In this document: in pieces, positions 30,423 to 40,454 of the stretch | Layout of the letters: every line of letters starts with the position of its first letter | How positions within the stretch are numbered: the first letter of the stretch is position 1 | From: a bacterium | GTDB taxonomy: Bacteria; SAR324; JACQKK01 | DNA: 64,000 nucleotides | Direction of reading: 5' to 3' | NCBI GenBank assembly: GCA_965240465.1 | Contig: OZ251219.1 | Location: 1,248,001 to 1,312,000 of the forward strand | The notes under the pieces: generated by a model | Database searches by the model: none | What the model was told of the DNA's origin: nothing | Seen by the model: only the letters and a program-made list of their open reading frames with translations | Translations under genes and position numbers: made by a program

Positions 30423-30506
30423 TGCCCAAGAGAGGACTTGAACCTCCACGAGTGTTACCTCACTAGAACCTGAATCTAGCGCGTCTGCCAATTCCGCCAC
30501 TTGGGC
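30423..30506 (-). tRNA. tRNA-Leu(CAG)
   Basis: GCCCAAG/CTTGGGC acceptor stem, CTAGA-TT-CAG-GT-TCTAG, long variable arm, GTTCAAG T-loop, A discriminator. Confidence 0.95.
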
Positions 30507-30517
30507 TGACGGTTTTC

Positions 30518-30546
30518 ATTATGTCAGGGGAGTTATCAAGCAGCAA
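30518..30546 (-). promoter_or_regulatory. sigma70-like promoter of tRNA/MTase copy B
   Basis: TTGCTG-17 nt-CATAAT. Confidence 0.6.
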
Positions 30547-30738
30547 GTATTTGTGTTTTAGGACTTAATTTATTGGCTCGGTATGGTTGATGGCTAGGTG
30601 GTTTAAATTATTTTTATAAGCGTTGACAAAGGGCGTCTTCTGCTGTTGTGATGTGCGTGGGGGTTGAGTTGGGGGGTTGGGGGGTTGGGTGAGTCAGCCT
30701 GTGTACTAGTTATGTAGGACACCTTTATTCCTTAAAGC

Positions 30739-30954
30739 ATGGGAGTTGTTATAATGACGATGGATCCGTCCAAATGGATAAAAGTTGAGGGCCTGAGTGC
30801 AGAGGCAAAAGAGAAGATCAATCAGCGTTATCCTCATTTACAGTTGAATAATTGCCAATTTCAAGAAAAGCCCACTGGGGTTTTTGTACGGCAGGAAAAT
30901 AGTGTCAAGGTGGAAAAATTGCTAGATCCGCCTAGCATTCCTGTTGGTAGTTGA
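30739..30954 (+). CDS. small hypothetical protein
   Basis: 71-aa ORF; GGAG before internal ATG; TTGACA upstream at ~30623. Confidence 0.45.
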   Translation: MGVVIMTMDPSKWIKVEGLSAEAKEKINQRYPHLQLNNCQFQEKPTGVFVRQENSVKVEKLLDPPSIPVGS

Positions 30955-30971
30955 CAACCGATAAATTGATA

Positions 30972-31022
30972 GCTGCAAGAAATTGGTGGCTGCAAGAAAT
31001 TGGTGGTTGCAAGAAATTGGTG
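30972..31022. repeat. 17-bp repeat x3 (gctgcaagaaattggtg)
   Basis: Read directly. Confidence 0.85.
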
Positions 31023-31180
31023 ATTAATTGCAGAGAAACAGGTTCTGTATTCGCTCGGTACTTCTGGGTGTCAATGGAGGTTCTTGGTGAGGAAAAGTTC
31101 GGGGGGGGGGCTTTATGGGCTAGCATTGTTTGGCTATCTGGAGTAGGATGCTGGGTGGCTTAAGCGGACTTTATTGGAGT

Positions 31181-31254
31181 GCGTCCGTAGCTCAGCTGGA
31201 TAGAGCAATGGCCTTCGAAGCCATGTGTCGCAGGTTCGAATCCTGCCGGACGCG
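31181..31254 (+). tRNA. tRNA-Arg(TCG)
   Basis: GCGTCCG/CGGACGC acceptor stem, ATGGC-CT-TCG-AA-GCCAT, GGTTCGAATCC. Confidence 0.95.
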
Positions 31255-31306
31255 TATTTTTTTGAGGTTGAGAGTAGGCTTGATAACTAGTGTTTCGCAA
31301 ATAAAG

Positions 31307-31390
<84 letters not shown>

Positions 31391-31452
31391 TTGTTTTTCC
31401 AGCCTGATTGGCACATCGCGAACCGATAGCATATATTTTCAAGGAAAAAACC

Positions 31453-32853
31453 ATGTCTCCAGCTTCTCCGCCATCCTCTTCTCCGCCATCCTCTTCTCCG
31501 CCATCCTCGGAATCGGGGTCTGAATTTGCAGTCGGCATGCGGGTGAAGGTCTTAAATAATAAGCGATTACAAAGGGTACTACATATTGATGCCCCCTTAG
31601 AGCGAGTACAAAAAGCATACAATGACGTCTACGATAACTTGAAAAAAAACATGCGAGTGCCTGGATTTCGGGCAGGAAGATTTCCTAAGGAAATGGCTAA
31701 TAAACGCTTTCGTGAGGTGATGTCGCAAAAAGTTTTAGGAGGCTTGGCACCTAAGTATTTTCAAGCTGCGATAGAACAATTGAAGTTATCTCCAGCCACT
31801 CCGCCTAGCTTTTCCAAGCTGGAGGTAGATATCCAAAAACCGCTCTCTTTTGAAGTGGAATTTGAAGTAGTCCCAGAATTTCGGCTGCTGGACCCCAGCA
31901 AGTTTAAGCTAAAAAGAGAATCCCTCCCCCCAGCTGAACCAGCAGAAATAGATGGACAAATTGATAAACTGCGGCGAGAAAAAGCTCAGTTTAAGCCAAG
32001 CAGTACTACGGCTGCCAAAGGCGATGTGGTCATCTTTGATTTTCAAGGTCGGCTGGAAGGACAGACTTTTTCAGGCGGAAGTGGTGAAAATCAACGCTTG
32101 GAGGTAGGAGGAACAGGCTATCTGCCCGATTTCCAAAGTCAGTTTGAAGGCGTTTCTAGCGGTCAGAAGAAGGTATTTTCCCTTTCTTTTCCTGCCGATT
32201 ATGAGGCAACTGAGCTGGCAGGTAAACAGGTTGAATTCACTGTGAACATCAAGGAGGTACAACAAATAATCCTGCCTGAGGTCAATCAGGAATTTTTGAA
32301 GGGTTTTGGCGAATTCAAGGATCTAAAAGAATTTCGCGATAAAATAAGCCAGCTGATAGATAGCCAAAAAAAGCACCAACAGCACCGTCAACTGGTGGAT
32401 ACTTTGGCACAGCAAATTCAAGATAAATATAGCTTTGATGTTCCCGAGCGACTGATAAATAGAGGATTAGAAATTCTAAAAGAAAAAATGGATAAACAAA
32501 ATCCTCCTCCAGATAAAAAAACTCGTAAAAAATATCTGGCTGAGGAAGAAAAACGTATTTGCAGCGGATTAAAGCTCAATTATGTGGTGGAAGCCCTAGT
32601 ACGTGCTTACGGTATAAGGGTTGATCCAGTAGAACTACGACAACGTTTCAACATGCAAGCCATGATGGCTCGCCAAGATCCCTCCGAATTGATGAACTCC
32701 CCCAATGGTGAAAAAATGATGCAAGAAATCCATGACAATATCCTGTATGAACGATCATTAGGCCATTTTAGTGCCTTGATACTCGGGGAACTACCTCACA
32801 AATCCCCCGACAAATCCCCCGATAAATCCCCCGACAAATCCAAAGGAAAATGA
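31453..32853 (+). CDS. tig: trigger factor
   Basis: VPGFRAGR signature, FKBP domain ([13 protein letters not shown]); SPPSS x3 N-terminal and KSPD x3 C-terminal repeats. Confidence 0.93.
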   Translation: MSPASPPSSSPPSSSPPSSESGSEFAVGMRVKVLNNKRLQRVLHIDAPLERVQKAYNDVYDNLKKNMRVPGFRAGRFPKEMANKRFREVMSQKVLGGLAPKYFQAAIEQLKLSPATPPSFSKLEVDIQKPLSFEVEFEVVPEFRLLDPSKFKLKRESLPPAEPAEIDGQIDKLRREKAQFKPSSTTAAKGDVVIFDFQGRLEGQTFSGGSGENQRLEVGGTGYLPDFQSQFEGVSSGQKKVFSLSFPADYEATELAGKQVEFTVNIKEVQQIILPEVNQEFLKGFGEFKDLKEFRDKISQLIDSQKKHQQHRQLVDTLAQQIQDKYSFDVPERLINRGLEILKEKMDKQNPPPDKKTRKKYLAEEEKRICSGLKLNYVVEALVRAYGIRVDPVELRQRFNMQAMMARQDPSELMNSPNGEKMMQEIHDNILYERSLGHFSALILGELPHKSPDKSPDKSPDKSKGK

Positions 32854-32854
32854 C

Positions 32855-33460
32855 ATGACACTGGTACCCATGGTCGTAGAACAAAGCAGTCGCGGTGAAC
32901 GTGCCTTTGATATTTATTCTCGCCTGTTAAAAGATCGCATTGTGTTTATCGGGGCTCCTTTGGATGATGTGGTAGCTAATTTATCCGTAGCTCAGTTACT
33001 CTACCTAGAAGCCGAAGACGCGGTAACAGAGATATCCATGTACATCAATTGCCCTGGAGGGAGTTTAACGGCAGGATTATGCGTCCACGACACCATGCAA
33101 TATGTTTCTCCTCCGATACAAACTATCTGCTTGGGTCAGGCGGTCAGCTTGGGAGCCTTATTGCTAGCAGGAGGTGCAGCTGGCAGGCGTTATGCCCTTC
33201 CTAATTCCCGCATGATGCTCCATCAGCCATTAGGAACGGTGTCTGGGCAGGCATCCGATATTGATATTCATGCTCGCGAAGTACTGCGGTTGAAAAGCAA
33301 GATCAATGTTCTTTTGGCTAGATACAGCGGAAAGAATATCAAGAAAATAGAAAAAGATACCCAAAGAGATTATTTCATGAGTGCTCAAGAAGCCCTCCAA
33401 TACAAACTAATTGACCACATCATGGAGAAAAAACCAGACCCCGTTAAAGAAGCAGCTTAG
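32855..33460 (+). CDS. clpP: ATP-dependent Clp protease proteolytic subunit
   Basis: [32 protein letters not shown]. Confidence 0.97.
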   Translation: MTLVPMVVEQSSRGERAFDIYSRLLKDRIVFIGAPLDDVVANLSVAQLLYLEAEDAVTEISMYINCPGGSLTAGLCVHDTMQYVSPPIQTICLGQAVSLGALLLAGGAAGRRYALPNSRMMLHQPLGTVSGQASDIDIHAREVLRLKSKINVLLARYSGKNIKKIEKDTQRDYFMSAQEALQYKLIDHIMEKKPDPVKEAA

Positions 33461-33485
33461 TAGTAGCCAGCCTAGATAAACAATG

Positions 33486-34538
33486 CTAGTCAAATGAAAG
33501 AGCGGCTTTAAGTTTCGGTGAGAGTTTTTGCTCTAAGCGAGGTCCGATTTTGCTGACAACCTCAGCTGCGATGGTACATCCCAGCTGACCCGCTTGTAGC
33601 AAGGAGGCATTAGACATCAGCCCGAACAATAATCCCGCCGCGAAGGCATCGCCAGCTCCAGTGGTGTCAATAACTTGAGTGGGAAGGACTTCAACGGACA
33701 CCATTTCATGCTGGTCTTTTATTAGGACGCCATTAGCTCCCATTGTCAGCGTGGCGATCAGGTCGTATTGCTGCAGAGCTGCTAATGCTTCGTGAGCACT
33801 AGTTTGCTGAGTGAGAGCTATTCCTTCTTCCAAATTGCCCAACACCAATTGAACTCCTTCCCCCAAGGTTTGTCGCAGTTCGGCTTGATTGCGTTTCACG
33901 CAGGCGGGATCTGCTAGGTTAATGGCAATGGATACCCCGTACTTACGTGCTAGTTTCAAAGTTTCCTTGACGGTAGCCTTAGTACTGGGGCTGTCCCAGA
34001 GATAAGAGCTGGTATAAAGCCAATCGGCTTGGGACAGGGTTTCTTCAGGAATATGTTGTGGAGACAAGGACTGCGATGCCCCCAGAAATGTAGCCATAGT
34101 GCGTTCGGCATCGGGAGTGATTAAAATCATGGCACTGCCTGTTTTTATTTTAGGGTCGGTGCTGATGAGGCATTGAACTCCATTTTGGGCTAATTTTTGG
34201 GTGAAAATCTTCCCTAGGTGATCATTTCCCACGCAGCCGACAAAGGCACCGCGACCTCCCAGCAGAGAGAACGCTTGCATGGTATTGGCACAAGCTCCAC
34301 CGGGTTCATGCTGAATGGTTTTATCCTTCAGAGCAGCTAGCATTTTGGCTTGCTGAGTGGCATCAACTAGGAGCATCTGGCCTTTCTTTAGCTGTTGCTG
34401 TTGCAGAAAGTCATCGTCCACCTGAACCAGCATATCCATGAGGGGATTTTCTACTCCCAGCAACAGGGGAGGCTCAGAAGAGCGGGAAAGGCTTGGAGGG
34501 CTGGGGGGGCTGGGGGGGGGGGGATTGGAGGGGGTCAT
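33486..34538 (-). CDS. PfkB-family carbohydrate/adenosine kinase
   Basis: PGGACAN, DTTGAGDAFAAG. Confidence 0.9.
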   Translation of the reverse strand: MTPSNPPPPSPPSPPSLSRSSEPPLLLGVENPLMDMLVQVDDDFLQQQQLKKGQMLLVDATQQAKMLAALKDKTIQHEPGGACANTMQAFSLLGGRGAFVGCVGNDHLGKIFTQKLAQNGVQCLISTDPKIKTGSAMILITPDAERTMATFLGASQSLSPQHIPEETLSQADWLYTSSYLWDSPSTKATVKETLKLARKYGVSIAINLADPACVKRNQAELRQTLGEGVQLVLGNLEEGIALTQQTSAHEALAALQQYDLIATLTMGANGVLIKDQHEMVSVEVLPTQVIDTTGAGDAFAAGLLFGLMSNASLLQAGQLGCTIAAEVVSKIGPRLEQKLSPKLKAALSFD

Positions 34539-34539
34539 T

Positions 34540-35712
34540 TTAGGTAAGGGTTAAAAGTAGGCTACTAAAGAAGGCTATTATCCAGCTGGTCCATTGCCAC
34601 CAGCCGAGACGCTTAAAGTATTGGCTATGCGGGAGTAGTTCTTCAAGCGGGATGCCTCCTTGTCCGCGTAATCCTCTGATGGCGGATTCTGCTAGCCATT
34701 CTATGAAGCGGGGGTGATTTCCGATGGCATCTACTCGGACGGCTTTCATGCCATTTTTTTCAGCTTGTTGACAATAGGTTATTTCTATTTCGTACAGGGT
34801 TTCAATATGGTCGTTGACGAAGCTGAGCGGGACAAAGACCAAGTTACGTATCCCTTTGGAGGGAAGGGTGTTGATGATTTCATGGGTATAGGGTTTAAGC
34901 CATTCTAGTGGTCCGATTTTGCTTTGGAAGCTCAGTGCGAATTGCCATTCTGGGAGTCTGGCTTGTAGGGCTTCTAGCGAGGTTTGTACTTCTAATCGGT
35001 AGGGGTCTCCTTGGTTCACGTATGTACGAGGCAAGCCGTGTGCAGAGCATAGAATAAGAGTGTGGGCGGGTTTTAAGCGGGATTTTTTTAATTTTTTTCG
35101 TAGTTTATCTTCTAGGGCATCAATGTAGGCTGGTTCGGCTGGATAAGAACGCTGGGCGGTTACGATTCCTTCCCATTTGCCTTCCCATTTGCCTTCCCAT
35201 TTGCCATTCCGATGACAATTGCTGAGTAGATGTACCAGTTGTTCTAAGGAAGATCCAGTAGTCGCCCAGCTAAACTGGGGCTGCATTGTGAGAGCATGTA
35301 CCCGCTGAACGCCTGATGCAACTAGCTTTTGTACCGAATACTGGGCTTGCTGTGGCAAATAGCGATGCACTACAAACACTTGCCAGTTATAACCGCGTTT
35401 TTTTAATTGAAGTCGTAGTTCATCGGCTACTACTTCGGTAGCTTGAAAAATAGGAGAATGCCCTCCGATTTCTGCGTACTGCTTTTGCACCTCTGGGGAG
35501 CGTAGGTGGGCGATTATCCTAGCCAGCAGGTTCTGCACCCATTGAGGAACTGGTAGCTGAATGGTGTTAGGATCCTTGAATATCCCATAAATGAACGCTT
35601 TGATTTCCTGCTGACTGCGAGGACCGCCAAAGTTCAGCAGTACAATCGCCTCTTTTTTATTGATTTGTTTTTTATTCAAAGGTTGATATTTGCCGACTGC
35701 CGAAACGGACAT
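34540..35712 (-). CDS. hemH: ferrochelatase
   Basis: LLNFGGP, YAEIGG.SP, SAHGLP, GDPY, FQSKIGPLEWLKP, FVNDHIETLYEI. Confidence 0.93.
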   Translation of the reverse strand: MSVSAVGKYQPLNKKQINKKEAIVLLNFGGPRSQQEIKAFIYGIFKDPNTIQLPVPQWVQNLLARIIAHLRSPEVQKQYAEIGGHSPIFQATEVVADELRLQLKKRGYNWQVFVVHRYLPQQAQYSVQKLVASGVQRVHALTMQPQFSWATTGSSLEQLVHLLSNCHRNGKWEGKWEGKWEGIVTAQRSYPAEPAYIDALEDKLRKKLKKSRLKPAHTLILCSAHGLPRTYVNQGDPYRLEVQTSLEALQARLPEWQFALSFQSKIGPLEWLKPYTHEIINTLPSKGIRNLVFVPLSFVNDHIETLYEIEITYCQQAEKNGMKAVRVDAIGNHPRFIEWLAESAIRGLRGQGGIPLEELLPHSQYFKRLGWWQWTSWIIAFFSSLLLTLT

Positions 35713-35879
35713 AATCAGGGAGTGATTTATAAACAAAGAATTTCTACTAGGTATCTTATTGCTGACAAGCAGGAAAAATGCTACCCTGAGTATCACTGAT
35801 TGCGATCAATATGACTATAATGATAGAAAAACATTAGGCAAATCTATCTTAAACGCAGCTACTCTAAGGAAATATCCCT

Positions 35880-36815
35880 ATGATACAACGCGGTTGGCTT
35901 GTTTTGAACAATTTGGCACTTACCACCTTATTGGGCTACAACGTGGGACTTGGCACGGTGGGTGTACTGGAGGATAAATTAGATTCCTCAATTTTATCTT
36001 CGCCCGTGAGTACAAAAGCTGTGGTTCATCCTGAAAAAAAGGAGTACCAGACTTTTTCTTCCCAAGTGGTGGAGAGCATCTTGGAGGCTAATGCTTTTAA
36101 TGCTCGCCGCAATCCTAAGCCCTTGCCTGAAATCTTGCCTGCTGATGGTGTTCCAGTGGCAGCTAAGCTATCCATTCGCTTGGCGGGTACGGCTTTGCTG
36201 GGAACAATCTCCTTCGCGATCATAACTGATCAAAGTAATGAAAAACAACGTGCTTATCAGCTGAACGATTGTCTACCAACTACCACCAAAAAAACCGAGT
36301 GTATTTCTAGTCAGGGCAGGCTGGTGAAGATCAATCCTCGGTCGGTGGAGGTAAAGTACAATGGCAAAATACAGGTTTATGATATTCAACACAGAGAAGT
36401 TGCCAGTAATACTGAATCTAGGAGTCTTGCATCAGCAAGATCTTCAACTAGAAGCAGGATTTCTGCTCCCTTGCCAGTGACCCGTAGAGGCAGAAAGATT
36501 GATGTCAACGTGCCTAGTGTGGAAGTACAGCAGGCATTTGAGAATTTTTCTTCGGTCTTAAAGCAAGCCCTAGTGGTTCCACACGAGGAAAATGGCAAAC
36601 CCGATGGCTTTAGCATCAAAAAAATAGTCCCAGGAGGAGTATTCGCACGATTAAACCTGAAGAATGGTGATGTAATTCAGACAGTCAATGGCAGCGATCT
36701 AACCACCGCAGACCAAGCCATTCAATTACTGAATGCTTTTCGCAATGATAAGGAAATTGTCTTAGGTGTTAAACGCAACGGCAAACCCCTAGAATTTAAT
36801 TATCATGTTAAGTAG
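35880..36815 (+). CDS. gspC: type II secretion GspC-like protein with C-terminal PDZ domain
   Basis: N-terminal TM, LAGT..FAII HR domain, GFSIKKI.PG..F..L.LKNGDVI..VNG PDZ. Confidence 0.75.
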   Translation: MIQRGWLVLNNLALTTLLGYNVGLGTVGVLEDKLDSSILSSPVSTKAVVHPEKKEYQTFSSQVVESILEANAFNARRNPKPLPEILPADGVPVAAKLSIRLAGTALLGTISFAIITDQSNEKQRAYQLNDCLPTTTKKTECISSQGRLVKINPRSVEVKYNGKIQVYDIQHREVASNTESRSLASARSSTRSRISAPLPVTRRGRKIDVNVPSVEVQQAFENFSSVLKQALVVPHEENGKPDGFSIKKIVPGGVFARLNLKNGDVIQTVNGSDLTTADQAIQLLNAFRNDKEIVLGVKRNGKPLEFNYHVK

Positions 36816-36832
36816 GGTGGCGAGTTTTCACC

Positions 36833-38353
36833 TCAGCTTGGCGAAGATGAAGATGATGATGATGAGGCGGGGCTGGTATTTTTGCGTGTAGGACGCTGAC
36901 GATGGAAAGCGGCGGTTTCACAGAAGATATGAGCTGCTTTCAGTAGTTCACCTTCTTGGAAGTGCCTACCGATTAGTTGCAGTCCGAACGGTAATTTAGA
37001 AGAGCTAAATCCAGACGGGATGGTAATTCCCGGCAGCTCGGCTAGATTAAGGGGCAGGGTGAATATGTCGTGATTGTAGGTTTGTAGGGGTGTGAGGGAG
37101 GTACTTAGATAGATGGCTTCGGTGGGAGTAGTGGGGGTAGCTAGCAATTCTACTTCTAAAAAGGCTTTGGCGAAATCGTTGCGTAGGGATTGTCTTAGGG
37201 CGGAGGCTTTCTTGTAGTAGTCGTTATGAAATCCAGCACTGAGGGCAAAAGTTCCCAGCATGATGCGGAGTTTTACCTCCTTACCCAGACCCGCTTTTCT
37301 GGTGTGGCAGTATAATTCACGCAGCCCTAGCTTATCGGTGGCACGTACGCCATAGCGAATTCCATCATAACGACCTAAGTTGGAACTAGCTTCAGCTGGG
37401 GCTATTAAATGATATATGGAAAAGGCAAATTTCCAGTTAGGAATAGAAATTTGACGCACCTCAGCCCCTAGGCTTTTCAATAATTTAACACTCTGCCTAA
37501 AATTATCTCGGATCTCAGTTGTCCCTTCCAGTTCGCTTTCCAATTCTCTGACCAAGCCGATACGCTTTCCTTTTAAGCTGGCGTTATCTAATAAGGCAGG
37601 ATAATCGGGGATTGGTTCTTGGGCACTGGTGGAATCTAGAGGGTCGTGCCCTGCGAGTGCCTTTAGTAACAAGGCACTGTCCCTAACATCGTGAGTGAGA
37701 ATTCCAGCGGTGTCCAAAGAGCTGGCAAATGCCACCATTCCATAACGGCTGATAAGCCCATAAGTGGGCTTCAATCCCACTAAGCCTGTCCACGCACATG
37801 GCTGACGGACGGAACCCCCAGTATCGGTACCTATGGAGGCTAGGGCTTCTCCAGCCGCGACCGCAGCTGCAGAACCACCTGATGACCCCCCTGGCGAACA
37901 ACGCAAATTCCACGGATTGTAAGATGGTCCAAATCCGGAATTTTTGGTGGAAGAACCCATGGCAAATTCATCCAAGTTGGTTTTACCAGTCAGGCTCATG
38001 CCTGCCTCTTTAAGACGCTTGGTCACGGTGGCATCGTAAGAAGGAATAAAATTAGCTAGTATCTTGGAACCACAAGTGGTTTTAATTCCCTCGGTGATGA
38101 AGATGTCTTTCAGGGCTATGGGCATCCCTGCCAATGGCGATGATAACTGACCCTTCTTTAGTTGCTTATCGGTATTTCGGGCGGATTCCAATAAATTCTC
38201 CGTGGTTAAGAGAAGGTAGGCCTTTACTTGAGATTCGGTTTCCTCAATCCTTTTCAGCACAGAATTAGCAATATCCTCGGTACTCACTACGCCTTGCTGA
38301 CGAAGAGTGTGGAGCTCATGAATCGGGCGATCACAAAGTTCTAAATCGGTCAT
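36833..38353 (-). CDS. gatA: Asp/Glu-tRNA amidotransferase subunit A
   Basis: PGGSSGGSAAAVA, GTDTGGSVRQP, SNLGRYDGIRYG. Confidence 0.95.
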   Translation of the reverse strand: MTDLELCDRPIHELHTLRQQGVVSTEDIANSVLKRIEETESQVKAYLLLTTENLLESARNTDKQLKKGQLSSPLAGMPIALKDIFITEGIKTTCGSKILANFIPSYDATVTKRLKEAGMSLTGKTNLDEFAMGSSTKNSGFGPSYNPWNLRCSPGGSSGGSAAAVAAGEALASIGTDTGGSVRQPCAWTGLVGLKPTYGLISRYGMVAFASSLDTAGILTHDVRDSALLLKALAGHDPLDSTSAQEPIPDYPALLDNASLKGKRIGLVRELESELEGTTEIRDNFRQSVKLLKSLGAEVRQISIPNWKFAFSIYHLIAPAEASSNLGRYDGIRYGVRATDKLGLRELYCHTRKAGLGKEVKLRIMLGTFALSAGFHNDYYKKASALRQSLRNDFAKAFLEVELLATPTTPTEAIYLSTSLTPLQTYNHDIFTLPLNLAELPGITIPSGFSSSKLPFGLQLIGRHFQEGELLKAAHIFCETAAFHRQRPTRKNTSPASSSSSSSSPS

Positions 38354-38410
38354 GCTAAATCGGTCATGCTAAATTGGTCATGCTAAATTGGTCATGCTAA
38401 ATCAGTCATG
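38341..38410. repeat. 14-bp repeat x5 containing the gatA start codon
   Basis: ctaaatcggtcatg units. Confidence 0.9.
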
Positions 38411-38519
38411 GAAGATTGTTTAGCTGGAGAATATGGAGAGTATCAAAAATGAGTTTTATGAAGAACGAACGCACATGCATGATAAGCTAATGATAATCTA
38501 TTGCGATAAGCCAAGAATG

Positions 38520-39062
38520 TCAGGAAGCAATAGTCCTAGGACGAAAATATCCTTCTTCACCGTGATGGGTTTGAAACAAAGTGGTATTCAAAAAATTTGT
38601 GTTCAAGACCACAATTTTCAACAAATGATGCCTAATAACTCGCTCTACCAGTTCAGCGGGCCAGTGACTAGGTAATTTGTGTTTTTTTTGGTCGGTAGTC
38701 AACAATTTACTGGCTTCTATATTGATCTGATGTCGCGGAGCAGAAAAGAGCAATAGCCGATAGGCATTGGGCTGGGGATTCAATAGATAGGCGCGGTATT
38801 CGCTGGAGAACTCCAAGGGAACGCCATGTACCAGCGAACTGGCGTGAAATAATAATCCTTTACGACCTTGCCGTGGCAAATGAAAATTCCAAAGGATGCT
38901 CTTTTTCTTGGGTTTTCTGAGATAGATGCCATTCATACTTATTTGCCGAGGAAAAGCCTCAGAATGAATACCAAAGTGGTAGGGCGGAACAGAATATAAG
39001 TATAATTTTACTGGCTTCACCTTAGATAGAGTTTTTGGTAGGTGGGGTCGTGTTTTAAGCAT
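38520..39062 (-). CDS. hypothetical protein
   Basis: 180-aa ORF co-oriented between ilvE and gatA. Confidence 0.5.
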   Translation of the reverse strand: MLKTRPHLPKTLSKVKPVKLYLYSVPPYHFGIHSEAFPRQISMNGIYLRKPKKKSILWNFHLPRQGRKGLLFHASSLVHGVPLEFSSEYRAYLLNPQPNAYRLLLFSAPRHQINIEASKLLTTDQKKHKLPSHWPAELVERVIRHHLLKIVVLNTNFLNTTLFQTHHGEEGYFRPRTIAS

Positions 39063-39089
39063 GGAAACAATAAGTTAGGCAAGAGTCAA

Positions 39090-40181
39090 TTATACAGATG
39101 GGTTTAACGAGGTATAGCATGAACCCATCCAAAGGGGGTCGGGAGTGCGTCCGTACTGGATGTCTGTCAGTTCTTTGAGTAAGCGAGCGGCTATGCTGCC
39201 ATCTTTTGCTTCCGCGATTGGATAATCTTTGGCTTGATAATTAAGGTTCTTTACCGAAGAAATAACGGCTACGGTCCCAGAACCAAAGACTTCTTCCAGA
39301 GTTCCTGCTTGTTGGGCTGTTAAGACTTCTTGTAGGGCGATTGGGCGTTCTTCGTGAGGGATATCCCAGCTTTTCAGCAGTTGCAAGATGGAATCTCTGG
39401 TGATGCCCGGTAAAATGGTGCCACCTAAGGCTGGAGTAATCACGGTTCCTCTTATTTTGAAAAATATATTCATAGACCCGACTTCTTCCACCCAGCGTTT
39501 TTCTTGTGAATCAAGCCACAACACTTGTGCGTGACCGCTATTATGAGCTTCTTCCTCAGCCAGCATGGCGGCAGAGTAATTAGCAGAAGCTTTGACATCG
39601 CCTAAGCCGCCGCGGGAAGCACGTGAATATTTTTCATTCACCATGATGGACACTGGCTTAAAGCCTGTCTGATAGAAAGATCCTACGGGGCTAGTAATGA
39701 CAAACAAACGGACTTCATTGGTAGGCCTCAAGCCCAAAAATGGCTCTGCGGCCACTAGGGTAGGACGAATATAAAGCGAAGTTCCCGTAGCACTAAGTAT
39801 CCATTCTTGATCAATTTCCAGCAATTTTTCAATCCCTTTTAACAGAAATGCTTCATCTACTTCTGGTAGGGTCAAGCGACGTGCAGAACGATTGAGGCGT
39901 TTCATGTTCTCCCGCGGACGAAATAAATTCACTCCGCCTCCATGGGTGCGATAGGCTTTCAACCCCTCAAATACTGATTGCGCGTAGTGCAACACAAAGG
40001 CAGCAGGAGAAATATGAAAATCCTCCATGCCACAGATGCACGCCTCTCCCCAGCCCTCCTTTCTAGTCCAGGGCATGGTAAACATGTGGTCACCATAGTA
40101 AAGACTAAAACCGAGCTTATTTTCATCGCTAGGCTTAGGCCTACGCTCTTTCAGCGGAAGTAGGCGATATTCAATACTCAC
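39090..40181 (-). CDS. ilvE: branched-chain amino acid aminotransferase
   Basis: LHYAQSVFEGLKAY, LYIRP, EEVGSMN, ILPGITR. Confidence 0.95.
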   Translation of the reverse strand: MSIEYRLLPLKERRPKPSDENKLGFSLYYGDHMFTMPWTRKEGWGEACICGMEDFHISPAAFVLHYAQSVFEGLKAYRTHGGGVNLFRPRENMKRLNRSARRLTLPEVDEAFLLKGIEKLLEIDQEWILSATGTSLYIRPTLVAAEPFLGLRPTNEVRLFVITSPVGSFYQTGFKPVSIMVNEKYSRASRGGLGDVKASANYSAAMLAEEEAHNSGHAQVLWLDSQEKRWVEEVGSMNIFFKIRGTVITPALGGTILPGITRDSILQLLKSWDIPHEERPIALQEVLTAQQAGTLEEVFGSGTVAVISSVKNLNYQAKDYPIAEAKDGSIAARLLKELTDIQYGRTPDPLWMGSCYTSLNPSV

Positions 40182-40454
40182 GGCAGAAATCTCAGCTAGC
40201 TTAAGTAGCCCTCCATGGATGACGATAATAAATATTTTTGCAATAATTTCAACGGTCTTGCCAGTAGTCTATTTGCCAGTAATCAAGATAAACCAATGCT
40301 ATGACAAACTCTTGATAGCAGTGCATGGTAGGATTGTAGCTATTAAAAGTCAAACCGAGTTCTTTAAGTTTATAAGCCGATATTTTGTAATATATGCTAC
40401 CGCCGTAGTATCCTTCATCATTATTTTGAGCTATTTCTTTGGCGAGTATCTATT

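Noticed and set aside
27269-30575. Integrase-mediated genomic island at tRNA-Leu
   Set aside because: No integrase, and the duplication covers the whole tRNA with its promoter and the MTase rather than a short att fragment.
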